DNA of 64,000 nucleotides from Candidatus Magasanikiibacteriota bacterium (GTDB lineage Bacteria > Patescibacteriota > Patescibacteriia > Magasanikbacterales > GWA2-37-8): assembly GCA_036744835.1 (NCBI GenBank), contig DAIOHD010000001.1, positions 335,860 through 399,859 on the forward strand. The letters run 5' to 3'. Made by a program: the position numbers and the translations under genes. Every line of letters begins with the position of its first letter. The stretch's first letter is position 1. This document shows positions 28,030-37,388 of the stretch, one piece after another. The notes under the pieces are model-generated. The model had not been told where the DNA came from. It searched no databases and saw only the letters and a list, made by a program, of their open reading frames with translations.

Positions 28030-28409
28030 TAGATTTATTTAAAAAAATTTATATCAAAATAAATAACTTTTTTGTAGAAGTTACAAATTCCGCTTTGTTT
28101 TTATTGAAAATGCCGGAATGGTTATTTGGGTCAAAATTTCGTTTTGCCTTGGTTTTTGCCAATATTTCACTTATTATCATGTTTGTTTTACAAGTAGCAA
28201 CTACCTCAAGTACTGGTTATGAATTAAAAAAATTAGAAAGAATTACCGAGGAATTAAGTAAAGAACAACAAAAAATAGAAGTAGAGATAACCATGGCTAA
28301 TTCACTTACAAATCTTAGTGCCAAAGTTGCTGATTCTTCAATGACTAGCGTTTCTCGCGTGCAGTATATCAAAACCGCCCCCTCTTTGGTTGCTGTTAGT
28401 ACAAAATAG
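28026..28409 (+). CDS. FtsL-like cell-division protein (single TM + coiled coil)
   Basis: Position after rsmH; TM (FALVFANISLIIMFVLQVA) followed by a coiled coil (ELKKLERITEELSKEQQKIEVEI). Confidence 0.5.
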   Translation: MIDLFKKIYIKINNFFVEVTNSALFLLKMPEWLFGSKFRFALVFANISLIIMFVLQVATTSSTGYELKKLERITEELSKEQQKIEVEITMANSLTNLSAKVADSSMTSVSRVQYIKTAPSLVAVSTK

Positions 28410-28525
28410 ATTTTTTAACTCAACGATAGATTCGCCGAATGAATTTTGGCGAATTTTTTAATTTATGGTAAAATAAAGATAGTCAAATATTCAATCTTTA
28501 AACCAATAGAGCCAATTTTATTTTT

Positions 28526-28876
28526 ATGTTTTTTGTAGCTTTACCAAGATTAATTTTAGAAACTTTTTTAGATTTTTTATATTTTCCTTTGTGGTGGTAT
28601 ACTTTGGGTGCTTTCAAAAGTATCAAGTGGTGTTTAAGTTTAGTGGCGGTAGGAAATGGTCATTTTGCTCCCGGTTTATGGTTGAACAATATTTTTGTTC
28701 CTATGTATGGACAGTATGATATTGAGGGCAGGGTGATAAGTTTTGTTATGCGCCTTTTTCAGATTGTTGTGCGTTTTATAGCTTTGTTTATCTGGGTGAT
28801 TGCTTGTCTGATTTTATTTTTAATTTGGCTATCTTTACCTGCTTTGGTTTTATACGGTTTTTTGTCATTAAAATAA
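28526..28876 (+). CDS. Small polytopic membrane protein
   Basis: 116 aa, 3 hydrophobic segments. Confidence 0.4.
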   Translation: MFFVALPRLILETFLDFLYFPLWWYTLGAFKSIKWCLSLVAVGNGHFAPGLWLNNIFVPMYGQYDIEGRVISFVMRLFQIVVRFIALFIWVIACLILFLIWLSLPALVLYGFLSLK

Positions 28877-28882
28877 TTTTTT

Positions 28883-31648
28883 ATGGAATTCAAAAAAATC
28901 AACCCATTACCTTTGTTGCTTTGCGATGAATGTAAAGAAATCGGTGAAAAACAAAATAATCACCGTTGTAGCAACTGTAAAGGTTTGACCGTTGTTTATC
29001 AACCGCGAGAAAAATTATTATATTGGAAATTTCCTTTGAGTTATTATCGTTTATCGCTTTTACAAACCAGGCTTTGGTGGAATAAAGGACGTAGACTATT
29101 TCTAATTTTACTTTTATTAAATTTTTGGCTTTGGGCCGGTTTTTCTGTTTATGCAGCCGGTCTTTTTTCTTATCTTTGGCAAGGACAGAACTACATCGAT
29201 CTCTTTTTGAAAGGTCTAACGTATTATCAAAAATTATTATTTTTACTCGGAGCTTTGACGTTACTTTATCTTTGGTCTCGGATTATTCGTGAAAAACAGC
29301 ACTTTCAAATCGTTGAAAAACATAGTTATGAAAGCGACGATAAAAATAGACAGCCACGAGAGTTATCATGGGAAGAAATAAAAAAAGTTTCACATCGCCA
29401 ACGTCTAAATATTTCTCAATCTTTTACTCAAGAAGCTGTTTTGTCTATTGTTAAAGCTTGCAAAGAAGCGCAAAAGCTCGGACACAATACGGTTTCGCCT
29501 TTGCACCTATTTTATATTTTATTATCTACCAATAGAATAGCCAATGTGTTTATTCGTCTTGGTTATCCGGTAGATTTTTTACAAAAGAAAATCAGAGAAA
29601 ACCTTTTATTTAAAAATCAAAATACCAGTTTCAATTTTCCTTTGCCGGGAAAAGATTTATTTCAAATATTCTTTTTGGCTTATGAAGAAGCATACGCTTT
29701 CCACCAAGATTATGTTAGTGTGGTAGAATTACTTTCGGCGACGATTTTTTTTACTCCGCAATTACAAGAATTTTTATTTGAACTTGGTTTGGAATCGCCC
29801 AAGATAAAAAATGTGATTATGTGGGCCAGAATCAGAGAGCAACTTTATCGTCAATATGTTAAATATGCCAAAACTCATGCATTGAAACCAAAATCCGGTT
29901 TAGATAGAGCGATGACCGCTGTGGCTACACCTTATTTGAATAATTTTAGCGAGGATATGACGATGATGGCGCGTTTTAACCATTACGACCCTTGTGTGGC
30001 ACGAGATAAAGAAATAGAAGAAATATTTAGAGTAGTTGAAGGTGGCGGTGGAAATATAGTATTGGTTGGGGAAAATGGAGTTGGAAAAATGAGTTTGCTT
30101 GAAGGTTTGGCACAAAAAATGGCGGGAGACGATGTGCCAAAACGTTTGCAAGATAAACGTTTGGTACGACTGAAAATATCTTCTCTTTTATCCGGTACTA
30201 CGCCTGCCGGAGCGGTGGAGAGGGTCAATAATATTTTTTACGAAGTTGCCAAAGCGGGAAATATTATTTTATGTATTCATAATATCCATGAATTGTTTGG
30301 AGTAAGCGCCGGAGGGACTAGTAGTTTGGATGTGGCCGGAGCTTTGGCGGAAAATTTATCCAAAAATAGGTTTTTAACCGTAGCAACTACGAGTTTACAA
30401 GAATATGCCCAGAGCTTCGCCGGTACAACATTAAATAGTGTATTTACCAAAGTAGATGTTCCGGAAATGACTGAAAACCAAGCGATTGCCGTAGTAGAAG
30501 CGAAAATTGGTTATATTGAACATAAACATTCTGTGTTTTTTTCTTATGATGCGATAGAAAAAGCGGTTAAACAAAGTCATAGATTTTTACATGATATTTG
30601 TTTGCCCGGTAGTGCTTTGGAGGTTGTAGTAGAAGCTGCAGCTTTTACCAGAAATCACAAAGGTGTAAATTCTTTAGTTACGGACGAAGAGGTAGCTAAA
30701 ATTATTTCTGATAAAACCGGAGTGCCAATAACTTCTATCACTGCTCAAGAAGGTAGTCGATTGTTAAAATTGGAAGGGGAGATGCACAAAAGAGTTATCG
30801 GTCAAGATGAGGCGGTCCAAGCAGTGGCTTCAGCTTTACGACGTGCGCGTGCGGAAATGCGTTCACAAAATCGTCCTATTTCCACTTTTTTATTTTTGGG
30901 TAGCACCGGGGTGGGGAAAACTGAATTGGCTAAAACTATCGCCGATATTTATTTTGGCGGAGAAAAGAAGATGGTGCGTTTGGATATGAGTGAATATCAA
31001 GATAGTGGCAGTATAACTCGTTTGATAGGCATGCCTGGACAAAAAGGTACCGGATTATTGACTGAAAATATTCGTCGACAACCTTTTTCGCTTTTATTAC
31101 TTGATGAAATAGAAAAAGCGGATAAGGATATTTTAAATTTATTTTTACAAGTGATGGATGATGGTCGTCTAACTGATAGTATTGGGCAAACAGTGGATTT
31201 TACCAATACAATTATTATTGCCACCAGCAATGCGGGTACTTCTTATATCAACGAAAGTCGTAAAGCCGGGTTATCTATGCCGGCAATCAAAGAAAGATTA
31301 TTGCACGGGGAACTCAAACAATATTTTCGTCCTGAATTTTTGAATCGTTTTGACGGGATCGTTTTATTTGAAGATTTAAATAAAGAAGCTTTAAAGAAAA
31401 TTGCCGCTTTGATGTTGAAAAAAACAGCTTTGGAATTACAAAATAAAGGGATTGAATTTGAATATGATGAAGAAGGTTTAGAATTTTTGACTCAAGTTGG
31501 TTTTGATCCAGAGTTTGGTGCCAGACCGATGCGTCGGGCGGTACAAGAAAATGTGGAAAATAAACTCGCTGAATTATTTTTAAGCGGTTATCTCAAGCGA
31601 GGAACCAAAGTAATTTTTAGCGCTAAGGGGGAATTGTTGATAGTTTAA
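28883..31648 (+). CDS. ClpC/ClpB-like AAA+ chaperone with N-terminal Zn-ribbon and two TM helices; NBD1 Walker motifs degenerate
   Basis: CDECKEIGEKQNNHRCSNCKG (CxxC-x11-CxxC); TM segments LFLILLLLNFWLWAGFSVYAAGLF and LLFLLGALTLLYLW; two Clp_N repeats. NBD1 has GENGVGKMS (no T/S after GK) and ILCIHNIHELF (HN replaces the Walker-B DE). NBD2 is intact: FLFLGSTGVGKTELAKT and LLLLDEIEKA. Confidence 0.8.
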   Translation: MEFKKINPLPLLLCDECKEIGEKQNNHRCSNCKGLTVVYQPREKLLYWKFPLSYYRLSLLQTRLWWNKGRRLFLILLLLNFWLWAGFSVYAAGLFSYLWQGQNYIDLFLKGLTYYQKLLFLLGALTLLYLWSRIIREKQHFQIVEKHSYESDDKNRQPRELSWEEIKKVSHRQRLNISQSFTQEAVLSIVKACKEAQKLGHNTVSPLHLFYILLSTNRIANVFIRLGYPVDFLQKKIRENLLFKNQNTSFNFPLPGKDLFQIFFLAYEEAYAFHQDYVSVVELLSATIFFTPQLQEFLFELGLESPKIKNVIMWARIREQLYRQYVKYAKTHALKPKSGLDRAMTAVATPYLNNFSEDMTMMARFNHYDPCVARDKEIEEIFRVVEGGGGNIVLVGENGVGKMSLLEGLAQKMAGDDVPKRLQDKRLVRLKISSLLSGTTPAGAVERVNNIFYEVAKAGNIILCIHNIHELFGVSAGGTSSLDVAGALAENLSKNRFLTVATTSLQEYAQSFAGTTLNSVFTKVDVPEMTENQAIAVVEAKIGYIEHKHSVFFSYDAIEKAVKQSHRFLHDICLPGSALEVVVEAAAFTRNHKGVNSLVTDEEVAKIISDKTGVPITSITAQEGSRLLKLEGEMHKRVIGQDEAVQAVASALRRARAEMRSQNRPISTFLFLGSTGVGKTELAKTIADIYFGGEKKMVRLDMSEYQDSGSITRLIGMPGQKGTGLLTENIRRQPFSLLLLDEIEKADKDILNLFLQVMDDGRLTDSIGQTVDFTNTIIIATSNAGTSYINESRKAGLSMPAIKERLLHGELKQYFRPEFLNRFDGIVLFEDLNKEALKKIAALMLKKTALELQNKGIEFEYDEEGLEFLTQVGFDPEFGARPMRRAVQENVENKLAELFLSGYLKRGTKVIFSAKGELLIV

Positions 31649-31656
31649 TATAAAAT

Positions 31657-32010
31657 ATGTTACTTTTATTAAAATCTCATTTTAAAGACATTTTTGTTTT
31701 TATCGGTTTAACCATTAGTCTGGTTTTTTTTGCTTTGTCTTCTTGGTATATTTTTGGCGAAGTCAATTGGGAAGCGGAAAGATTTTTTTTACATTACAAT
31801 ATTATTTTTGGTGTTGATCGTTTGGGAGAAGTCAGAGATTTATGGCATTTCTTTTTTGGGGCGCTGGGAGTTTTATTATTTAATTATTTTTTATCTTTGT
31901 TTTTGTTTACCAAAGATAAAATTATTTCTCGCATCATAGTTATTTTTGGCGGTATCTGGCAAATATTTATGTTTATTGCTTTGTATTTGATAATTTCTCT
32001 TAACAGTTGA
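31657..32010 (+). CDS. Small membrane protein
   Basis: 117 aa, 3 TMs. Confidence 0.4.
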   Translation: MLLLLKSHFKDIFVFIGLTISLVFFALSSWYIFGEVNWEAERFFLHYNIIFGVDRLGEVRDLWHFFFGALGVLLFNYFLSLFLFTKDKIISRIIVIFGGIWQIFMFIALYLIISLNS

Positions 32011-32011
32011 T

Positions 32012-33118
32012 ATGATTGGTAGAGAATATAAAGTAAAAAAAATCGATTGGAATTACTTTATCTATGTGGCTATATTGGTTTGTTTTGGTTTGGCCATGTT
32101 GGCTTCAGCCAGTGCACCGCTTGGTTATGTAAAATTTAATGATTCTTATTTTTATCTCAAAAGACAGTTGCTGTTCGGAATTTTGCCGGGTATACTGCTT
32201 TTTTTGTTGGCCTTAAAAGTAAATTCTGAACTATTTAGACGTTTAGCTTGGGTTCTTTATTTTGCTTGTATTGTTTTATTGCTTTTATCTTTTGTTCCCG
32301 GACTATCTTTGGTAGTTAATCATGCCAAGAGTTGGGTACAAATTTTTGGTTTTAGTTTTCAACCCGCGGAGTTTATGAAATTGGGTTTGATTTTTTTACT
32401 GGCTTCCATGCTTTCCGATCCTCGGCGTGATTTGCGAGATTGGCAATACGGTTTATTGCCGGTACTGGTTTTTATTGCGATTCCGCTTGGTTTGGTTTTG
32501 TTACAACCGGATTTGGGTACAATGTTTATTTTGGGAATTATCGCTTTTTTTATTTTATTTTCTGCTAAAATTCCTTGGAGTTATCTTCTGGTTCTAGGTC
32601 TTTTGGGAATAGTAGTTTTTAGTGCCATGGTGATAGTCAAGCCTTATCGCATGGATAGGTTGAATATGTTTATGCATCCGGAACTTGATCCGCAAGGTGT
32701 TGGTTACCATGTTAACCAAGCGTTTTTAGCTGTAGGATCAGGAGGTTTTTGGGGTTTGGGCTATGGACACTCTAGACAAAAATATCAATATTTACCAGAA
32801 GTGAACGCTGATTCTGTTTATGCGGTTATTGCCGAAGAAATGGGATTTGTGGTAGCCGGAGGTTTGATTTTTTTAATTTTAGTAATAGCAATGCGGGGTT
32901 TGAAAATAGCCAGAGAGCAAAGCGATGATTTCAATCGTTATGTGGTGGTGGGAGTAACAGCTTGGTTTTTTTGTCAGTCAGTAATAAATATCGGGGCAAT
33001 GGTTGGTATAATGCCTTTGACGGGTGTACCTCTCCCTTTTGTTTCACACGGTGGTTCGGCGATGTTAGCGGCTCTTGTCGGTGTGGGTGTGGTTTTAAAT
33101 ATTAGTAGAAACGATTAA
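32012..33118 (+). CDS. ftsW: SEDS-family peptidoglycan glycosyltransferase (FtsW/RodA)
   Basis: 10-TM profile, FTEF-like loop and PLPFVSHGGSAMLAA C-terminal SEDS motif. Confidence 0.8.
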   Translation: MIGREYKVKKIDWNYFIYVAILVCFGLAMLASASAPLGYVKFNDSYFYLKRQLLFGILPGILLFLLALKVNSELFRRLAWVLYFACIVLLLLSFVPGLSLVVNHAKSWVQIFGFSFQPAEFMKLGLIFLLASMLSDPRRDLRDWQYGLLPVLVFIAIPLGLVLLQPDLGTMFILGIIAFFILFSAKIPWSYLLVLGLLGIVVFSAMVIVKPYRMDRLNMFMHPELDPQGVGYHVNQAFLAVGSGGFWGLGYGHSRQKYQYLPEVNADSVYAVIAEEMGFVVAGGLIFLILVIAMRGLKIAREQSDDFNRYVVVGVTAWFFCQSVINIGAMVGIMPLTGVPLPFVSHGGSAMLAALVGVGVVLNISRND

Positions 33119-33246
33119 TTTCAATGTTGTACATGGTGTGTGAAACATTGAAAATGTGTAAAATTTGACAAAAATCTTAAAATATTCAAATAATTAATAA
33201 ATCCGTCTTTTTTAGACGGTTATATTAAATAATTTAGATAAAATTT

Positions 33247-34302
33247 ATGAATCTACTTGTTTGTGGCGGAGCCGGTTTTATCGGGTCCAATTTTATCCGC
33301 TATATGATAAATAAATATCCGGATTATAAAATCGTCAATTATGATAAATTGACCTATGCTGGTAATTTAGAAAATCTGAAAGACGTGGAAAATAATCCAA
33401 ATTATATCTTTGTCCAAGGCGATATCGTGGATTTGGAATATTTGGATAAAGTTGTTAAAGAACATAGTATAACTCACGTGATAAATTTTGCGGCGGAAAC
33501 GCATGTGGATAGATCTATTCACGGTGGTTGTAAAGATTTTGTTTTGACCAATACTTTGGGTGTGCAGATGATTTTGGATGCGGTACGCAACAATAATTTA
33601 AAAAAATTCGTCAATGTTTCTACAGATGAAGTATATGGTTCACTGGAACTAGATGAAGAAAGACTTTTTACGGAAGATACCCCGATAGAACCAAATATGC
33701 CTTATGCAGCGGCTAAAGCCGGCGGTGATTTGATGTGTCGCGCTTATTTTGCCACACATAAAGTTCCGGTGGTAGTTACTCATTGTTCCAACAATTATGG
33801 CTCTTATCAGTTTCCGGAAAAATTGATTCCTTTCTTTATATTTAAGCTTCTCAAAGGAGAAAAAGTTCCGGTTTATGGTGATGGTTTAAATGTTCGTGAT
33901 TGGATTCATGTAGTTGATCATGCAAGGGCTTTAGATTTGCTTTTACACAAAGGCATTCCTGGTGAAGTCTATAATATTGGAGTTGACAATGAAAGAAATA
34001 ATTTAGAAATTACCAAATTGATTTTAAAATTAATGAATTTAGGCGAGGATAGGATAGAATATATTACTGACAGGCCAGGGCACGATAGACGTTATGCTAT
34101 TGATGCAAGTAAAATATTATCTTTGGGTTGGAATCCGGAATATAACAGAGAAAAATTTGAACAAGGCCTGAAAGAAACTATAGATTGGTATTTGAGTAAT
34201 CAACCGTGGGTGGAAAATCTTTGGCAAAAAAAGAAAGGTGAGATGAATAAATTTCAAAATAGTTTAGAAAGATCTCAAGATAAAATGAAATCTTCAACTT
34301 AA
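33247..34302 (+). CDS. rfbB: dTDP-glucose 4,6-dehydratase
   Basis: MNLLVCGGAGFIGSNFIRYMINKYPDYKIVNYDKLTYAGNLENL, YAAAKAGGD (YxxxK). Confidence 0.9.
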   Translation: MNLLVCGGAGFIGSNFIRYMINKYPDYKIVNYDKLTYAGNLENLKDVENNPNYIFVQGDIVDLEYLDKVVKEHSITHVINFAAETHVDRSIHGGCKDFVLTNTLGVQMILDAVRNNNLKKFVNVSTDEVYGSLELDEERLFTEDTPIEPNMPYAAAKAGGDLMCRAYFATHKVPVVVTHCSNNYGSYQFPEKLIPFFIFKLLKGEKVPVYGDGLNVRDWIHVVDHARALDLLLHKGIPGEVYNIGVDNERNNLEITKLILKLMNLGEDRIEYITDRPGHDRRYAIDASKILSLGWNPEYNREKFEQGLKETIDWYLSNQPWVENLWQKKKGEMNKFQNSLERSQDKMKSST

Positions 34303-34311
34303 TTTATCTAT

Positions 34312-34725
34312 ATGCAAAAATTTCAACAATTTTCCATCAAAAAAATAGAAGTTCCGGGTAAATTTGTTATGAGTCCGGTGGAGCTCAAAGATTACATAGA
34401 CTTTGAAGTAAAAAGAATTTATTATATCACCAAGGTGGAAGCTCCGACCGGTGCTCATTGTCATAAAGTAGAAGAAGAATTGTTTATTTTACTTTCCGGT
34501 ACTTGCACGGCGGTGGTAGACAAAGGAAACGGTTTGGAAGAAATCTCGATGAGTGGACCGACCGATGCACTCTATGTTCCAGGTTATGTCTGGCACCATT
34601 TTAAGGATTTTTCTTCCGATGCTATATTGTTAGCTATTTCTTCAACCAATTACAATCCCGATAGAAGCGATTATATAGAAAATTACGAAGAATATTTAAA
34701 AATAAGAGATGAAAAATTGAAATAA
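34312..34725 (+). CDS. Cupin sugar 3,4-ketoisomerase (FdtA/WxcM-like)
   Basis: 137 aa; AHCHKVEEELFILLSGTCTAVVD...LYVPGYVWHHF pattern of TDP-4-oxo-6-deoxyglucose 3,4-isomerases. Confidence 0.6.
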   Translation: MQKFQQFSIKKIEVPGKFVMSPVELKDYIDFEVKRIYYITKVEAPTGAHCHKVEEELFILLSGTCTAVVDKGNGLEEISMSGPTDALYVPGYVWHHFKDFSSDAILLAISSTNYNPDRSDYIENYEEYLKIRDEKLK

Positions 34726-34726
34726 T

Positions 34727-35581
34727 ATGAAAGTTTTAATTTTGGGCTACAAAGGAATGCTTGGCCAAGCTTTGATCGATGAATTTAAAAACAACGGTTA
34801 TGAAACCGTGCTTTGGGATAAAGAAGACGTAGATGTCGGTGATTTTGAACTACTGAAAGATAAAATAAAAGAAGTAAAGCCTGATATTTTGATAAATGCT
34901 ACGGCCGTAAATGCCGTGGACAAGATAGAAGAAGACCCGGCTGTTTTTGAATTGGCCTGGAAAATTAATGGTGAAGCAATAGGAAGTTTAGCGGAAATTT
35001 GCAAAGAGCAAAATATTGTTTTTGTTCACTATTCGTCAGACTATGTTTTTTATGGTGATAAAAAAGAAGGTTATGATGAAAAAAGTGAAACCAATCCCGT
35101 GGATAAATATGGAGAAACAAAAGTCAGGGGAGAAAAACTGTTGCAAGAAAAAGGGGATAAATATTATTTAATCCGTTTATCTAAATTATTCGGTAAACCG
35201 GCGATTGCAGAAGGTGCCAAGAAAAGCTTTGTAGATACTATGATTTGGTTAGCAACCGAAGGTGGAAAAACACACCTTGATTTGGTGGATGAGGAAATCA
35301 GTTCTCCGACTTATGCGCCGGATTTGGCAAGATTTACCAGGGTGTTATTGGAAGAACAAAAAACTTTTGGAATTTATCATGGAACCAATAGCGGGGTTTG
35401 TAGTTGGTATGAATTGGGAAAAGAGACATTTGAATTGAAAAATATCAAAATAGACATTGCGCCGGTTAGCGGGGATAAATTCCAGAGACCCGCAAAAAGA
35501 CCGGTTTATTCGGAACTCAAAAATACGAAAATGCCACTACAGAGAAGTTGGCAAGAGGCGCTCAAAGAGTATTTGAAATAA
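34727..35581 (+). CDS. rfbD: dTDP-4-dehydrorhamnose reductase
   Basis: MKVLILGYKGMLGQAL..., YSSDYVF..YGETK. Confidence 0.8.
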   Translation: MKVLILGYKGMLGQALIDEFKNNGYETVLWDKEDVDVGDFELLKDKIKEVKPDILINATAVNAVDKIEEDPAVFELAWKINGEAIGSLAEICKEQNIVFVHYSSDYVFYGDKKEGYDEKSETNPVDKYGETKVRGEKLLQEKGDKYYLIRLSKLFGKPAIAEGAKKSFVDTMIWLATEGGKTHLDLVDEEISSPTYAPDLARFTRVLLEEQKTFGIYHGTNSGVCSWYELGKETFELKNIKIDIAPVSGDKFQRPAKRPVYSELKNTKMPLQRSWQEALKEYLK

Positions 35582-35593
35582 ATTAGCAAAAAA

Positions 35594-35617
35594 CAGCCCA
35601 AACAGGGCTGTTTTTTG
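35594..35617 (+). terminator. Intrinsic terminator after rfbD
   Basis: cagccc-aaaca-gggctg-tttttt. Confidence 0.8.
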
Positions 35618-35625
35618 TTTTAATC

Positions 35626-35654
35626 TTGACAAAATAGTCAAAATGTGCTAATCT
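35626..35654 (+). promoter_or_regulatory. Promoter TTGACA-17-TAATCT (near-copy of the 17378 and 52404 promoters)
   Basis: ttgacaaaatagtcaaaatgtgctaatct. Confidence 0.6.
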
Positions 35655-35706
35655 AAGTCCGTGTTCTTTGTTAGTTTCATAAACTTTTTTTGGAAGAGGT
35701 AAAAAC

Positions 35707-36165
35707 ATGACCAAGTACAAGCAGTGGGATCTGTTGACCGATGACGAGAAGTACAATCTGTGTAATCTCGGCCCCGACGGCAAGAAACAGTTCTACGAGG
35801 TCATCATGGGCCAGTACGGGCAGCCGCTCATCGTGGCCGAACCCGACAGGGCCTTCCCGTGTCCGGCGACGCTCGAGTATGTCAACGCCAAGGGCGAAAC
35901 GGCCGTTCCGACCGAGAAGATCGCCGGAATAATCTGTTCCGACGGTAAGCGTTTCTCGCTGACCAACGCCGCCAACAAAGGGATCAAGATCGAGACCAAG
36001 GAAAACGGTTCCATCCAGATCGACGACGAGATCTGGTGGATCAAGACCTTGTTCCAGAAAGACAAGAACCGCATCATCAACTACGATGCGTACCTTTCGC
36101 CGGACAAGCCGGAGAAGGTCAAAATCCTTGAACTGGCCGACCTCACGGCTCATCTCTGTTCCTAA
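35707..36165 (+). CDS. High-GC 152-aa hypothetical protein (compositional island inside the rhamnose locus)
   Basis: GGAAGAGG SD 7 nt upstream. The ORF is visibly ~50-55% GC against ~30% background; all six frames are open across it. Own promoter and strong terminator. No recognisable domain. Confidence 0.6.
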   Translation: MTKYKQWDLLTDDEKYNLCNLGPDGKKQFYEVIMGQYGQPLIVAEPDRAFPCPATLEYVNAKGETAVPTEKIAGIICSDGKRFSLTNAANKGIKIETKENGSIQIDDEIWWIKTLFQKDKNRIINYDAYLSPDKPEKVKILELADLTAHLCS

Positions 36166-36185
36166 ACCTAAAGTTCTGAATTTCC

Positions 36186-36214
36186 CGGCCCCGCTTTATT
36201 GCGGGGCTTTTTTA
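36186..36214 (+). terminator. Intrinsic terminator
   Basis: gccccgc-tttatt-gcggggc-tttttt. Confidence 0.8.
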
Positions 36215-36284
36215 ATCCGTGAATGAATTTACAAAAAACATTTTTGGTGATAAAATCAAAGTAATCTTTTTAATCAAAAATTTT

Positions 36285-37343
36285 ATGAAAATTCTAGATA
36301 ATTTAGCCAAAATCAAGCAATTGGATAGTAAAAGCATGCTTCACAGTATTGAATTGCTGGATCAGCAAATAAAAGAGGTAGAAAAAGCGGTTAAAACTAT
36401 CAAAATCCCGAAAAATTATAAAAAGTTTGAAAATGTGGTTGTATGCGGGATGGGTGGTTCGGCACTAGGCGCGCATCTGATAAAAAGTTTATATAAAAAC
36501 GATTTGAAAGTTTCACTTAATATTGTTAATGGCTATCATCTGCCTGGATTTGCGGATAAAAATACTTTGGTGATACTTAGTAGTTATTCTGGAAATACGG
36601 AAGAAGTTTTATCTTGTGCCAGCGAGGCTAAAAAGAAAAAATGCAAAATCGCTATAATTGCCTCGGGCGGTAAATTGGCGATTTTGAGTAAAAAAGAAAA
36701 ATATCCGTCTTTGATTTTTACGACAAATAATAATCCGTGCGGATCACCTCGAATGGGACTAGGTTATTCAATAGTTGGACAGATTTATTTATTTTCTAAA
36801 TTGGGTTTGTTGAAAGTTAAAACCGACGAATTGAAAAAAATTCCGGATTTAGCAGGGGAGTTAAATAATAAATTTGGTGTTAAAATAAAAAGTGTTTTGA
36901 AAGATATTGCCGAAAAAACAAAAGGCAAATCCGTGTGGTTTGTCGCAGCTGAGCATCTGGCAGGTTCCGCTCATATTGCCGCCAATCAGATGAATGAAAA
37001 TGCCAAACGTTTTGCCGGATATTTTCTCATCCCGGAACTCAATCATCATCTGATGGAAGGAATGATAAATCCCAAAAGCAATAAAGATAATTTATTGTTT
37101 GTATTTTTGGAATCGGATTTATATAGTGATAATTTCAAAAAACGTTTTGTCTTGACCAAAGAAATTTTGAAAATGAATAAAATAAATTTTGTTTCTATCA
37201 AAGCAAAAGAAAAATCCGCTTTGGATCAAACCATGGAAATATTAGTTATCAGTTCTTATTTGAGTTTTTATTCTGCGATGGTGGAGGGGATTGACCCAAC
37301 GGCTATTCCTTTCGTGGACTTTTTTAAGAAAAAATTGGCTTAA
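36285..37343 (+). CDS. Bifunctional phosphoglucose/phosphomannose isomerase (SIS domain)
   Basis: VVCGMGGSALGAHL...ILSSYSGNTEEVLSCASEAKKKKCKIAIIASGG tandem SIS motifs. Start moved to ATG 36285 (MKILDNLAKI). Confidence 0.7.
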   Translation: MKILDNLAKIKQLDSKSMLHSIELLDQQIKEVEKAVKTIKIPKNYKKFENVVVCGMGGSALGAHLIKSLYKNDLKVSLNIVNGYHLPGFADKNTLVILSSYSGNTEEVLSCASEAKKKKCKIAIIASGGKLAILSKKEKYPSLIFTTNNNPCGSPRMGLGYSIVGQIYLFSKLGLLKVKTDELKKIPDLAGELNNKFGVKIKSVLKDIAEKTKGKSVWFVAAEHLAGSAHIAANQMNENAKRFAGYFLIPELNHHLMEGMINPKSNKDNLLFVFLESDLYSDNFKKRFVLTKEILKMNKINFVSIKAKEKSALDQTMEILVISSYLSFYSAMVEGIDPTAIPFVDFFKKKLA

Positions 37344-37388
37344 TTATTATTAAAACTTACTTGCTTATTAGCTTACTTGCTTAATTAT

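Noticed and set aside
35677-36153. Minus-strand ORFs 35677..36153, 35793..36080 and + ORF 35741..35932
   Set aside because: Artefacts of the locally high GC (few stop codons in any frame). Only the + frame starting at 35707 has a promoter, SD and terminator.
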